DNA of 64,000 nt, taken from an uncultured delta proteobacterium (lineage in GTDB: Bacteria; Myxococcota_A; Polyangia; Polyangiales; B10-G4). The stretch covers positions 352,001 to 416,000 of the forward strand of contig CAVSGI010000006.1 in the NCBI GenBank assembly GCA_963727445.1, read 5' to 3'. A model generated the notes under the pieces. It was given only the letters and a program-made list of their open reading frames with translations. It did not search any database and was not told the origin of the DNA. Shown piece after piece: positions 21,724 through 31,041 of this stretch (its first letter is position 1; the number at the start of each line of letters is the position of its first letter). Made by a program: the position numbers and the translations under genes.

Positions 21724-22009
21724 ATGCGGAATCCTTCGCACGCTCGCTGCGCTCGTTCTCGCGGGGCTCCTCGCTTCGGGGTGCCTGGCGGGGCCCCAGC
21801 CGGAGCCGCCCACCGGGCAGCCGGGGAGCGATGGCGGCGGGTATGCCGACGCGAGCGGGGTTGCCGACAGCGGCGCTCCCTACGATGCCTCGGCCGGGTC
21901 CGACGGCGCCTCTCCTTCGCCCGCCGCACCGGCGGTGGCGCCGACCGTCCGGGTTCCGCTGCCCTCTTCGCCGCTTCCGCTACCCCCACTGCCGACTTCC
22001 GAGGATTGA
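21724..22009 (+). CDS. Small Pro/Ala-rich lipoprotein (apparent +1 frameshift just after the start)
   Basis: ATG CGG a ATC CTT CGC...: removing one A gives MRILRTLAALVLAGLLASGC (lipobox) in the frame of ORF 21593..22009. Confidence 0.55.
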
Positions 22010-22044
22010 CGCGACCCCGCCCGTCGGCCTGCTACGCTCCCCAC

Positions 22045-22281
22045 GTGCTCAGGGTCACGGCGCTCGCCATTGTCGTCCTCTTCGCCTCGGGATGTCCGCG
22101 CAAGCCGCAGGATCCTGCGCCGGGAGACGGCACGCCATGCTCGAGCCTCGCCGACTGCAACATGGGCGCGAGCTGTGGGGAGACCCCACTCTACGCCTGC
22201 GTGGACGGTCTCTGCGAGGAGACGCCTTCGCTGACCCGCCCCTGTCCGCCGCGCGCCTTTGCGCCCGACGCCGGGATGTGA
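22045..22281 (+). CDS. Small Cys-rich lipoprotein
   Basis: GTG start; LRVTALAIVVLFASGC lipobox; six further Cys. Confidence 0.65.
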   Translation: MLRVTALAIVVLFASGCPRKPQDPAPGDGTPCSSLADCNMGASCGETPLYACVDGLCEETPSLTRPCPPRAFAPDAGM

Positions 22282-22303
22282 AGCCGGGGCGGCGCTCCGC
22301 GCA

Positions 22304-23299
22304 TCAGGTGTGGGCGTCTTCGCGGGTCTCCGGCGCTTCGGCGGTCTCGGACTCGGCCTCCGCCGCGTCGCCCTCCTCGTCATCGTCGTCGCCCTCGGTG
22401 CCGTCTCGCTGTCGTCGGCGATACTCCGGCGCCTGACCCGGCGCGGAGGTGTCCACCCAGTACGCGCGCTCCTCGCGCACGTCGACGTGGACGAAGCGGC
22501 TCTCGGGATAGAAGCCCACCCCCACGCGGTCGAGGGTGCGTGCGTAGTCGCGGATGGCGGCGATGGGGACCCCGCGAATGCGCATGTCCATCGCGCGTCC
22601 CTGGGTGTGGCGGCTGGTTTCACGCGTGTATCCGCCTGCCTGCCGAAAGCCGCTGATCACGTAGATCGGGCGTCCCCCGAAGTGATCGCTGATCTGCGCG
22701 AGCACCTGGACCAGGCGCCGATGGGGCTCGTGCGTGTGCCGCGAGTTGCGCTCGCGCATCAGGGGTGCGAGGCGGCGGACGGCCGCGCGGCGCGCGCGCC
22801 CGCCTCTGTCCACGAGCCTGAGGCGCATCTCGATCTCCGGCCGGATGCGGATGAAGCTCACGACGCCGGGGTTGCGGGGCGATCCCCAGCGTGCCTCGGC
22901 GCGCTCGCGCTCCTCGTCGGCCTCTCGTCCTGGCAGGACGAGGCGCTGGCCGACCCGGATCGCGGCGTTCGGGCGGATGCGGTTGGCGCGCGCCAAGGAC
23001 TGGATGGAGACGTCGTGGTCGGCGGCGATCTCCGAGAGCGACTCCCCCGGCTGGACGTAGTGCACACCCCGGTCTGGGATGCGGATCTCCTGGCCTTCAC
23101 GCAGCCGATCGCTCCGGCTCATCCGGTTGGCGGCCAAGAGGTCGTTCACCGCGACCCGGTGGCGTTGGGCGATGCGTGCTGGGGTGTCCCCACGGCGAAC
23201 GCGATAGCTCCGGTCGGCAGCCGAAGGGCGAGGCGAGATCAGTGCCAGGGCGGTGCAGACCGCCACGAAAGTCAGCGTGCTCGTTACCCAGCGCCTCAC
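22304..23299 (-). CDS. LysM x2 + DUF882/YcbK (peptidase M15) peptidoglycan endopeptidase
   Basis: Signal peptide; YRVRRGDTPARIA, HYVQPGESLSEIA; ISGFR, SRHTQGRAMD, GVGFYPESRFVHVDV. Confidence 0.9.
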   Translation of the reverse strand: MRRWVTSTLTFVAVCTALALISPRPSAADRSYRVRRGDTPARIAQRHRVAVNDLLAANRMSRSDRLREGQEIRIPDRGVHYVQPGESLSEIAADHDVSIQSLARANRIRPNAAIRVGQRLVLPGREADEERERAEARWGSPRNPGVVSFIRIRPEIEMRLRLVDRGGRARRAAVRRLAPLMRERNSRHTHEPHRRLVQVLAQISDHFGGRPIYVISGFRQAGGYTRETSRHTQGRAMDMRIRGVPIAAIRDYARTLDRVGVGFYPESRFVHVDVREERAYWVDTSAPGQAPEYRRRQRDGTEGDDDDEEGDAAEAESETAEAPETREDAHT

Positions 23300-23534
23300 G
23301 GGGCGACGAGTATTGCGCGGACCCGAGCGAGAGCAACCGCCCCGCGTTTTTTTGACTCCAAGGCGCTGGCAGCCGAGTATCGATCTCGGTTCCGGTCGTT
23401 CTTTGACAACCGAAGATGCGCGCGACGCAAACGCCTGGTTTTTGCGATCTTGGGGTGTTGGGAATTAACCCCAAAGATCAATGAAGTCATACTTAAAATA
23501 CATATGAAATTAGGCGACAATTATAGAATATTGC

Positions 23535-23564
23535 TTGACGTTACGCGGGGATCACTCATAACCT
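23535..23564 (+). promoter_or_regulatory. Candidate sigma70 promoter of the HTH-pilMNOPQ operon in an AT-rich island
   Basis: TTGACG (23535-23540), 18 nt, TAACCT (23559-23564), preceded by ~80 bp of very AT-rich DNA. Confidence 0.55.
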
Positions 23565-23615
23565 GCTTGCACCGAGACGATGGGGGAGACACCCCTTCGC
23601 GAGGCGACTTCCCCG

Positions 23616-23957
23616 ATGGATCAGAACGACAAGGCTGCCATACAAGTCTCCGGGTCGAAGACCCAGGCCACGGCTCGTTCTGCAAAAGGCGACAGCACTG
23701 CTCAGGAGTCGAAAGAGCCGGCCACGCCGAAGAAGAAGAAGAAGGGGAAGGGCAAGAAGCCCAACAACGTCCGGAAGATCCGCATCGAGCGGATGATGTC
23801 CAAAGCCGAGCTGGCCCGTCGCGCGAATCTATCGGTTCTCACGATCGATCGTGTCGAGAAGGGTTTCGGGTGCCGCATGGACACAAAGCGGAAGATTCTC
23901 GAGGCTCTGGGTTTGAGCCTCGCAGACCGCGTACGCGTGTTTGGCGAGGAGGAGTAA
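23616..23957 (+). CDS. XRE-family HTH regulator upstream of pilM
   Basis: NNVRKIRIERMMSKAELARRANLSVLTIDRVEKG...KRKILEALGL; GAGG before ATG 23616 (ORF track start 23580). Confidence 0.85.
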   Translation: MDQNDKAAIQVSGSKTQATARSAKGDSTAQESKEPATPKKKKKGKGKKPNNVRKIRIERMMSKAELARRANLSVLTIDRVEKGFGCRMDTKRKILEALGLSLADRVRVFGEEE

Positions 23958-23966
23958 TGCTCGTCG

Positions 23967-25022
23967 ATGGCGTCGGAAGGTAAGAACCTGGTCGGGGTCG
24001 ACATCGGGTCGAGCTCGATCAAGGTCGCGGAAATCAAAGAGGGGAGGGGAGGCAAGCGCAGCCTCGTGCGCTTCGGCTTCCACCCTCTTCCACCGCAGAC
24101 CATCGTCGACGGGGCGATCATGAACTCCGGCGCGGTGGTGGAGGGGCTCGAGAAGCTCTTCCACAAGGCCAAGCGCCGAGACGTGGCCATGCGGGCCAGC
24201 GGGCACTCGGTGATCATCAAGAAGATCACCATGCCGCTGATGACCCTGGCGGAGCTCAACGAGCAGATCGGCTGGGAGGCCGAGCAGCACATTCCCTTCG
24301 ATCTCGCGGAGGTGCAGATCGATTATCAGGTCCTGCACGAGCGCGAGGAGCAGCGCCAGATGGACGTGCTCCTCGTCGCTGCGAAGAAGGAAGAGATCAC
24401 CGATCTCACGAATCTCGCGGTCGAGGCGCGGCTCAAGCCGCGGATCGTCGACCTCGATGCCTTCACAGTGCAGAACTGCTACGAGATCGGGTATGGGGCG
24501 CCGGCTCCCGGGGATACCGTGGTCCTCATCCACGTGGGGGCGTCGCTGACGACCATCAACATCCTGTCGGACGGCACCACCTCCTTCACCCGCGACATCG
24601 CCAACGGGGGCAACGCCATCACGGAGGAGATCCAGCGTCAGCTGGGGATCAGCGCCGACGAGGCAGAGGCCTACAAGCTCGGCGGTGACGGCCGGGGCAT
24701 CGTCCCCAAGGAGGTGCCGGAGATCATCGACCAGGTGGTCGACGGCCTGGCCGGCGAGATCCAGAGGTCCTTGGACTTCTTCCTGGCGACCAGCGGGGAC
24801 CGGGAGATCACCCGCATCGCGCTCTCGGGCGGCACCGCGAACGTGCAGGCGCTGCTCGATTCCATCGGGCAGCGCTCTCGGGTTCCGGTCGAGCTTCTCG
24901 ACCCTCTCCGCGTCGCCGCCCCCGATCCCAAGAAGGTGGACCCGCTGTCGCTCCAAGGACGGACGTCCCAGGCGGTCGTGGCGATGGGGCTCGCGCTCCG
25001 AAAGGACCGGGAGCGGAACTGA
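23967..25022 (+). CDS. pilM: Type IV pilus assembly protein PilM
   Basis: VGVDIGSSSIKV, WEAEQHIPF, VLLVAAKKE, EIQRSLDFF, LSGGTA, MGLALR. Confidence 0.95.
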   Translation: MASEGKNLVGVDIGSSSIKVAEIKEGRGGKRSLVRFGFHPLPPQTIVDGAIMNSGAVVEGLEKLFHKAKRRDVAMRASGHSVIIKKITMPLMTLAELNEQIGWEAEQHIPFDLAEVQIDYQVLHEREEQRQMDVLLVAAKKEEITDLTNLAVEARLKPRIVDLDAFTVQNCYEIGYGAPAPGDTVVLIHVGASLTTINILSDGTTSFTRDIANGGNAITEEIQRQLGISADEAEAYKLGGDGRGIVPKEVPEIIDQVVDGLAGEIQRSLDFFLATSGDREITRIALSGGTANVQALLDSIGQRSRVPVELLDPLRVAAPDPKKVDPLSLQGRTSQAVVAMGLALRKDRERN

Positions 25023-25684
25023 TGATTCGCATCAATCTACTGCCCCAGGCGAAGAAGACGGCGGCGGTTCGCGCCCCCGTGACGCCAGGCAACACCCAGG
25101 CCTGGGCCATCGGCTATGCGGTGGCGGCTTTCGTGTGGGTGGCGGCCCTGCTCGGCATCTACCTTCTCTATGACGCCGAGCTCCAGGAGGAGCAGGCGAC
25201 GAACGCGGCGCTTCAGACGCAGATCGACCAGCTGCGCTCCAAGAGCGCGCAGCTCGAGGAGGTGCAGGCCCGGCTCGCGGCGAGCCAGCGCCTCGAGGAA
25301 GTGGTCGGCGAGCTCCACCGCGAGCGTACCGGCCCGACCCGGGTGCTGATGGAGCTCTCCAAGATCCTGAGCCCGCCTCCGGCGGGCGGCCCGACCATCG
25401 ACCCCGATGAGCTCGAGGAGATGCGGCGCGAAAACCCGCTGGCGGGGTTCAACCGCAGCTGGGATCCCCGCCGTCTCTGGCTCGGCTCCTTCACCGAGAC
25501 CGACGGCAACTGCCAGATCCGGGGGCTCGGGCGCACCAACGAGGACGTCGCGGAGTTCCTCCGGCGCCTCGCCCTCTCCGACCTCTTCACGAACGTCACG
25601 CTGACCAAGACGCAGAGCTCGCATGTCGCGGACCTGGGCCTGACCCTCATCAGCTTCGAGCTGACCTGCCAGGTGAGTTACTGA
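25022..25684 (+). CDS. pilN: Type IV pilus assembly protein PilN
   Basis: MIRINLLP motif, TM, coiled coil; follows pilM. Confidence 0.93.
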   Translation: MIRINLLPQAKKTAAVRAPVTPGNTQAWAIGYAVAAFVWVAALLGIYLLYDAELQEEQATNAALQTQIDQLRSKSAQLEEVQARLAASQRLEEVVGELHRERTGPTRVLMELSKILSPPPAGGPTIDPDELEEMRRENPLAGFNRSWDPRRLWLGSFTETDGNCQIRGLGRTNEDVAEFLRRLALSDLFTNVTLTKTQSSHVADLGLTLISFELTCQVSY

Positions 25685-26265
25685 TGGCCTCCGCAGGTAC
25701 CAGCTTCGCCACCCTACCGACCGGCGTGAAGTTCGGTCTCCTCGCCCTGATCCTCGCGCTGATCTCGGCGATGTACTACTTCATCTTCCACATGCCGCTC
25801 TCCGAGGAGATCGACCAGGAGCTCGCACGGCGCACTCAGCTTCAGTCCGACCTCAACGCCGCGCGTGACCGTCAACAGGAGTTCCTGCGCATCACTCAGG
25901 AGCTGGCGAGCCGCGAGGCGATGGACCGCGAGAACAAGCGCGTCCTTCCCGAGGACGCAGAGATCCCAGCCTTCCTCCAGGACCTGAATCGCCTCGCGGA
26001 GCTCTCGGGTCTGCAGATCAGCCTGGTCGAGCCCCGACCCGAAGAGCGGGAGGAGCTCTACATCCGTATTCCGGTCACCCTGGCTCTGAGTGGGCGTTTC
26101 CATCAGGTGGCCAAGTTCTTCTACAACGTCTCCCGTCTGGAGCGCGCGATCAGCATGAGCGACGTGCGGCTTCAGGAACCCCGCGTGCAGGGCGAGGAGG
26201 TGGTGCTTCGGATCAACGTGCGCGCATCCACCTTCCGCAGGCCTGCGGAGGAGGGCGCACAATGA
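25684..26265 (+). CDS. pilO: Type IV pilus assembly protein PilO
   Basis: TM; LPEDAEIPAFLQDL, YIRIPVTLALSGRFHQVAKFF. Confidence 0.93.
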   Translation: MASAGTSFATLPTGVKFGLLALILALISAMYYFIFHMPLSEEIDQELARRTQLQSDLNAARDRQQEFLRITQELASREAMDRENKRVLPEDAEIPAFLQDLNRLAELSGLQISLVEPRPEEREELYIRIPVTLALSGRFHQVAKFFYNVSRLERAISMSDVRLQEPRVQGEEVVLRINVRASTFRRPAEEGAQ

Positions 26266-26909
26266 AGCGTGTGATCGAGCTGACGGGCCCCGGCTTCGTC
26301 CTCCTCTTCGTCGCGCTCGCCTGCGACGACCCGGTTCAGGTGGGGCAGGGGCTCGAGGGTGCTGCGGGCGCAGCACCTGCCGCGCCCGCTGCGCCCGCCG
26401 CGCCGGCGGCCCCCGTGGAGCAGGCCGACGCCGGTCTCGAGCTCCTCAGCTACGACGACGACGACTTCGTCGAGTCCGAGCGCAATCGAGATCCCTTCCG
26501 CAACTACGCGACGATGTTCAAGGTTCGCGCGCTCGAGACGCCTCAGCGCGCGGTGGTGATGCCCACCACCTCGATCGAGCAGATGCGCCTGATGGCCATC
26601 ATCAGCGGCGTCGCGCGGCCCCGCGCGATGCTCGTCGATCCCTCCGGGGTGGGCCACGTGGTGGCTCGCGGCGACTTCATCGGGCGTCCCGAGGTCGTCC
26701 AGACGGGTGGGGCGGACAGCACGCCTCTTCAGCTGAACTGGCGTGTCGACCGGATCCGCGCGAGCGAGGTGGTCCTCACGCGCGAGGACCCGACCGCCCC
26801 GGGCCGCGTGCCCCTGTCGCGCGTGATTCCGCTCTACGACGAGAACGACCGCGTCCGCGAAGGATTGACCTTCGCCGGCGAGGACACGCCTCCGCCGCCC
26901 GCAGAGTAA
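26262..26909 (+). CDS. pilP: Type IV pilus lipoprotein PilP
   Basis: Lipobox ALAC; RNRDPF; RAMLVDPSGVGHVVARGDFIG. Confidence 0.88.
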   Translation: MKRVIELTGPGFVLLFVALACDDPVQVGQGLEGAAGAAPAAPAAPAAPAAPVEQADAGLELLSYDDDDFVESERNRDPFRNYATMFKVRALETPQRAVVMPTTSIEQMRLMAIISGVARPRAMLVDPSGVGHVVARGDFIGRPEVVQTGGADSTPLQLNWRVDRIRASEVVLTREDPTAPGRVPLSRVIPLYDENDRVREGLTFAGEDTPPPPAE

Positions 26910-27089
26910 CCAGACCGTCAGGGCCGCTTCCCGTGCCTGCGAGGCCGAGCCGAGCCGGCTGGCCACGGCAGGTGCGCTCCGTCTCGTGGCGACGCGCTGC
27001 CGTTGCGTACGGGAGGCCGCGGGCGAGGGCAGTACGACCGTTTTTTTGCGCCCTTCGAACCCCGCATCGGATGATTCGGTTGCAAAGGA

Positions 27090-29273
27090 ATGTCGATGCG
27101 CAGAAACCCCGTCGTCACCAGCCTTTTCGGGCTCGCTACGCTCACCGCGATTCTGCTTTCGCCTCTCGTGGCGAGCGCAGATCCGCCGACCATCTCGGGC
27201 GTCTCGCTTCGAGGGGAGGATGACCACGCCACCGTGGTGGTGCGTGGTGTCTTCGACGTCCCTGCGTATTCGGTGAGGGCGCTCGACGACGGACGACGAA
27301 TCGTCCTCGACGTCGAGGAGGCCGTCCTACCGGAGGGTGGCCTCACCACCGAGGGCAGCATCGCTGCCGTGACGGGTGCCACTGCCAGCACTACCGCGCG
27401 CGGCGTGCGCATCGAGCTCGCGCTCACTCGTCCCCTCCGCTACCACGCGCGGGCGGGTCGTGGTCGCATCACCCTCACCCTCGGCGACGCGAGCAGCAGC
27501 GAGCACGGCGACGCGGCCGACGACGGCCCGCCGGTCGTTCGTGACGTCCACCTCGAGCGCCGCGACGGGCGCGACCGCCTCGTGGTCGAGCTCGACCGCC
27601 CGGCCGCATTCCGCGTTCGCACCGAGGGCGACGACAGGAGCGTCCTCGAGATCCGCAACGCCGAGCTCGCCACACAGCTCGAGCGCGAGCTGCGCGGCCG
27701 CAGCGATTCCCTCGTGCGCCGGGTGCGCATCGAGAGCGGTGATGACCGCGCGATCGTCGAAGTGGATCGCGCTGCGCACGCCTCCGCCACCGCGATCCGT
27801 CAGGGCAACCGCATCGTGTGGCTCTTCGCCGACTCGGGTGCGCGGAACGCGCGCCCGTCGACGGCCACCCTCGCCCGCGAGGAAGAGCTCACCGAGATCT
27901 CGACGCCGGAGGCGGCCGCCTTCCTCAGCGACGTGCCGATGCAGGTGCGCGCGGCTCGCGGGCGTCGTCGCTACGGCGGTCGTCGCATCGACCTCGACTT
28001 CAAGGACGCCGACATCCACAACATTCTGCGTCTCCTCGCCGAGGTGGGCGGCGTCAACGTCGTGACCTCCGACGACGTCAGCGGGTCGGTCACCATCCGC
28101 ATGCGCAACGTCCCCTGGGACCAGGCGCTCGACGTGATCCTTCAGGCCAAGGGCCTCGGCATGGTGCGCCGCGGAAACCTGATCCGCGTCGCTCCTCTCG
28201 AAGCGCTCGAAAAGGAGCGCGAGGCGGCCATCGCGCGCCAGAAGCAGCGGCAACAGCTCGCGCCGCTGGAGACGCGCCTGGTGCCCGTCAGCTACGCGAC
28301 GGCCACCTCGCTGCAGCCGCGCGTCGCCGAGCTCCTCTCGGAGCGCGGCTCGGTCTCGGTCGACGAGCGCACCAACGTCCTCATCGTCCGCGACATCCTC
28401 GAGAACCTCGACGACGTCGAGGAGCTGGTGCGCACCCTCGACACCCAGACCCCGCAGGTTCTGGTCGAGGCGCGCATCGTCGAGGCGACCAGCAGCTACA
28501 CCCGCGACGTCGGCATCCAGTGGGGTGGGAGCGTCATCGCCAGCTCGGGCACCGGCAACCCGACCGGCCTGGTCTTCCCCTCGGACGTGACCGCGGCCGG
28601 TGGTGCCTACGACAACCGGGCGCCCACCGCGGGTCTGTCGCCCTTCACCCAGCGGGTGAACCCGTCGAACTATCTGGTGAACCTCCCGGCGGTGGCCGGC
28701 ACCGGGGCTGGTGGTGCGATCGGCCTGAGCCTCGGGAGCATCAACGGCAACGTGAACCTCAACGTGCGCCTGAGCGCCGCGGAGGCGAGCGGCAACGTCC
28801 GCATCATCAGCTCGCCGCGGATCCTGACCCTCGACAACCACGAGGCGTCGATCTCCTCGGGTACGATGATCCCGTACTCCCAGGTGAGCGCCCAGGGTGT
28901 TCAGACCGCCTTCCAGCGGGCCGTCCTTCAGCTCACCGTGCGCCCGCACGTGACGAGCGACGGCTCCGTCGCGATGCACGTCGCGGTCAAGCGCAACGAG
29001 CCGGACTTCAACAACACCTCGGCGCGAGGTGACCCCACGATCCTCCAGCGCCAGGCCGAGACCGATCTCCTCGTCCCCGACGGCAACACGGCGGTCATCG
29101 GCGGGATCTACCAGCGCAACACGGGTCGCAACATCGACCAGGTGCCGTTCTTCGGCGACATTCCGGTCCTGGGTCTGCTCTTCCAGCGCCGCCGCGTTCG
29201 GGACACCCGCAACGAGCTGCTCATCTTCCTGACGCCCCGCATCGTCAACCGCGCGGAGTCACTGCGGCGGTAG
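27090..29273 (+). CDS. pilQ: Type IV pilus secretin PilQ with N-terminal AMIN-like domains
   Basis: RIDLDFKDADIHNILRLLA, VPWDQALD, VDERTNVLIV, PQVLVEARIVEA, VPFFGDIPVLGLLF, ELLIFLTPRIV. Confidence 0.96.
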   Translation: MSMRRNPVVTSLFGLATLTAILLSPLVASADPPTISGVSLRGEDDHATVVVRGVFDVPAYSVRALDDGRRIVLDVEEAVLPEGGLTTEGSIAAVTGATASTTARGVRIELALTRPLRYHARAGRGRITLTLGDASSSEHGDAADDGPPVVRDVHLERRDGRDRLVVELDRPAAFRVRTEGDDRSVLEIRNAELATQLERELRGRSDSLVRRVRIESGDDRAIVEVDRAAHASATAIRQGNRIVWLFADSGARNARPSTATLAREEELTEISTPEAAAFLSDVPMQVRAARGRRRYGGRRIDLDFKDADIHNILRLLAEVGGVNVVTSDDVSGSVTIRMRNVPWDQALDVILQAKGLGMVRRGNLIRVAPLEALEKEREAAIARQKQRQQLAPLETRLVPVSYATATSLQPRVAELLSERGSVSVDERTNVLIVRDILENLDDVEELVRTLDTQTPQVLVEARIVEATSSYTRDVGIQWGGSVIASSGTGNPTGLVFPSDVTAAGGAYDNRAPTAGLSPFTQRVNPSNYLVNLPAVAGTGAGGAIGLSLGSINGNVNLNVRLSAAEASGNVRIISSPRILTLDNHEASISSGTMIPYSQVSAQGVQTAFQRAVLQLTVRPHVTSDGSVAMHVAVKRNEPDFNNTSARGDPTILQRQAETDLLVPDGNTAVIGGIYQRNTGRNIDQVPFFGDIPVLGLLFQRRRVRDTRNELLIFLTPRIVNRAESLRR

Positions 29274-29319
29274 CGACTCGTCGCGTGGCCCGCGCCAAAT
29301 CGGGTATTGAGCTCTGTCG

Positions 29320-29353
29320 GTCGACCCGCGAAGATTCCTCTTCGCGGGTCGAC
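29320..29353 (+). terminator. Perfect 15 bp hairpin between pilQ and aroKB (probable intrinsic terminator)
   Basis: GTCGACCCGCGAAGA-TTCC-TCTTCGCGGGTCGAC followed by TCGTTTCTT. Confidence 0.6.
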
Positions 29354-29363
29354 TCGTTTCTTC

Positions 29364-30935
29364 ATGCGCATCTATCTCAGTGGTCCGATGGGGGCCGGGA
29401 AGTCGACGGTCGGGGAGGCGCTGGCAGCGCGCACCGGTCGCCCATTTTCGGACCTCGACCAGATGGTGGCCGAGGAAGCGAAGAAGTCGATCGCCGAGCT
29501 CTTCTCGCACGAGGGAGAGAAGGGGTTTCGGCGGCGCGAGTGTGCCGCGGCCTCGCGCTTGACCGAGGAGGGCGCCGCCGACCTGGTGGTGGCGCTGGGG
29601 GGCGGCACCGTCACCGACCCGCGCACGCGACGACTCCTCGTGGAGGACGGCCTGGTGGTGACGCTGACCGCGGGCGTCGACACGCTGACCCAACGGGTGG
29701 CGCACAAGACGGGGCGACCCCTCTTGGCCGAGCGTGACGCGCGGGAGGTGCTGGGCGAGCTGCTGGAGGAGCGCAAAGAGGCGTACGCGGAGTGTCACGC
29801 GACGCTGGACGCCGCGCAGCCCATCGAGAGCCTGGTCGATGCGATCCTCGAGGTGGAGAAGAGCGCACCCATCGCCGTCTGCCTCGGGACGCGGAGCTAC
29901 CGCGTCGAGGTGGGCGCGGGTGTCCGGGAGCGGGTCGGGGCATGCGCGCGCGCGCTCGCGCCGAGCTCGGTGGTGCTCGTGACCGACAGCGTGGTCCACG
30001 AGCCGTGGGGAGCGGGCGCGGTCGCCGCGCTCCGCGCGGTGGGGCTCTCCGTGGCGCCGGTCATCCTCGAGCCCGGCGAAGCGGCCAAGAACCTCGCTTC
30101 CGTGGAGGCCATCTGGGACGCGGCGCTCTCCGCATCGATCGATCGGTCGGCGCTGGTGATCGGCGTCGGGGGCGGGGTGGTCGGAGATCTCGCGGGCTTC
30201 GCCGCGGCGACGCTCCTGCGCGGCGTCCGCTTCGCCCAGCTCCCCACCACGCTCTTGTCGATGGTCGACGCTTCCGTCGGCGGCAAGACCGGCTTCGATC
30301 GGCCTCAGGGCAAGAACCTGGTCGGTGCATTTCACCAGCCGTCGTTCGTCCTCTGCGACGTCGAGACGCTCGCCACGCTCCCGGAGGCCGACCGCGTGGC
30401 CGGGCTCGCCGAGGTCGCGAAGAGCGCTTGGCTCGCGGGCCCGGCGGCGGTGGCCGAGCTCGAGTCGGATGCGGCCAAGCTGGCGAGGGGCGAGGCCGCG
30501 GCGACCGAAAGGGCGATCCGCATGTCGGTGCGCCTGAAGGCGCGGATCGTGGGCGAGGACGAGAGGGAAGGGGGCCGAAGGCGCCTGCTCAATCTGGGGC
30601 ATACGGTGGGGCATGCGTACGAGGCGGCGGCGGGCTTCGGCGGGATGCGCCATGGCGACGCGGTCGCCCGCGGCATGGTGGCGGCCTTCCGCATCGCGCG
30701 CGCGCTCGGGGTGGGCGACGTCGGGCAGGAAGCGCGGATGGTGGCGTTGCTCACCTCGCTCGGCCTGCCCACGGACGTCGCAGGTCGGGGGACGGAAGAG
30801 GTGCTGGCGCTGCTCGGATCCGACAAGAAGCGGCAAGGGGGTGATGTGCGCTTCATCGCACCTGGTGCGCCTGGTGAGGCCACCATCACACCCGTTGCAC
30901 TCGAGCGGCTTCGCGCGCTGGTCGCGTCCCTCTGA
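29364..30935 (+). CDS. aroKB: Bifunctional shikimate kinase / 3-dehydroquinate synthase (AroK-AroB fusion)
   Basis: GPMGAGKSTVG, VVALGGG, RPLL; then GGGVVGDLAGF, PTTLLSMVDASVGGKTG, KNLVGAFHQP, LNLGHTVGHA, DKK. Confidence 0.95.
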   Translation: MRIYLSGPMGAGKSTVGEALAARTGRPFSDLDQMVAEEAKKSIAELFSHEGEKGFRRRECAAASRLTEEGAADLVVALGGGTVTDPRTRRLLVEDGLVVTLTAGVDTLTQRVAHKTGRPLLAERDAREVLGELLEERKEAYAECHATLDAAQPIESLVDAILEVEKSAPIAVCLGTRSYRVEVGAGVRERVGACARALAPSSVVLVTDSVVHEPWGAGAVAALRAVGLSVAPVILEPGEAAKNLASVEAIWDAALSASIDRSALVIGVGGGVVGDLAGFAAATLLRGVRFAQLPTTLLSMVDASVGGKTGFDRPQGKNLVGAFHQPSFVLCDVETLATLPEADRVAGLAEVAKSAWLAGPAAVAELESDAAKLARGEAAATERAIRMSVRLKARIVGEDEREGGRRRLLNLGHTVGHAYEAAAGFGGMRHGDAVARGMVAAFRIARALGVGDVGQEARMVALLTSLGLPTDVAGRGTEEVLALLGSDKKRQGGDVRFIAPGAPGEATITPVALERLRALVASL

Positions 30936-31041
30936 GGTGCGCGCTCGAGGAGGTGCTTGACCGTTATTTGGAGGTTTGGCCCATAGCTCCTAGAATTGAC
31001 CTTGCGTGACCCAGTGACGTGCTGGGCGCGGGAGGAGCTTC

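Noticed and set aside
30968..30996. Possible sigma70 promoter TTGGAG-17-TAGAAT before the 31042 lipoprotein
   Set aside because: Plausible, but the -35 match is weak and there is no independent support, so it is not listed as a feature.
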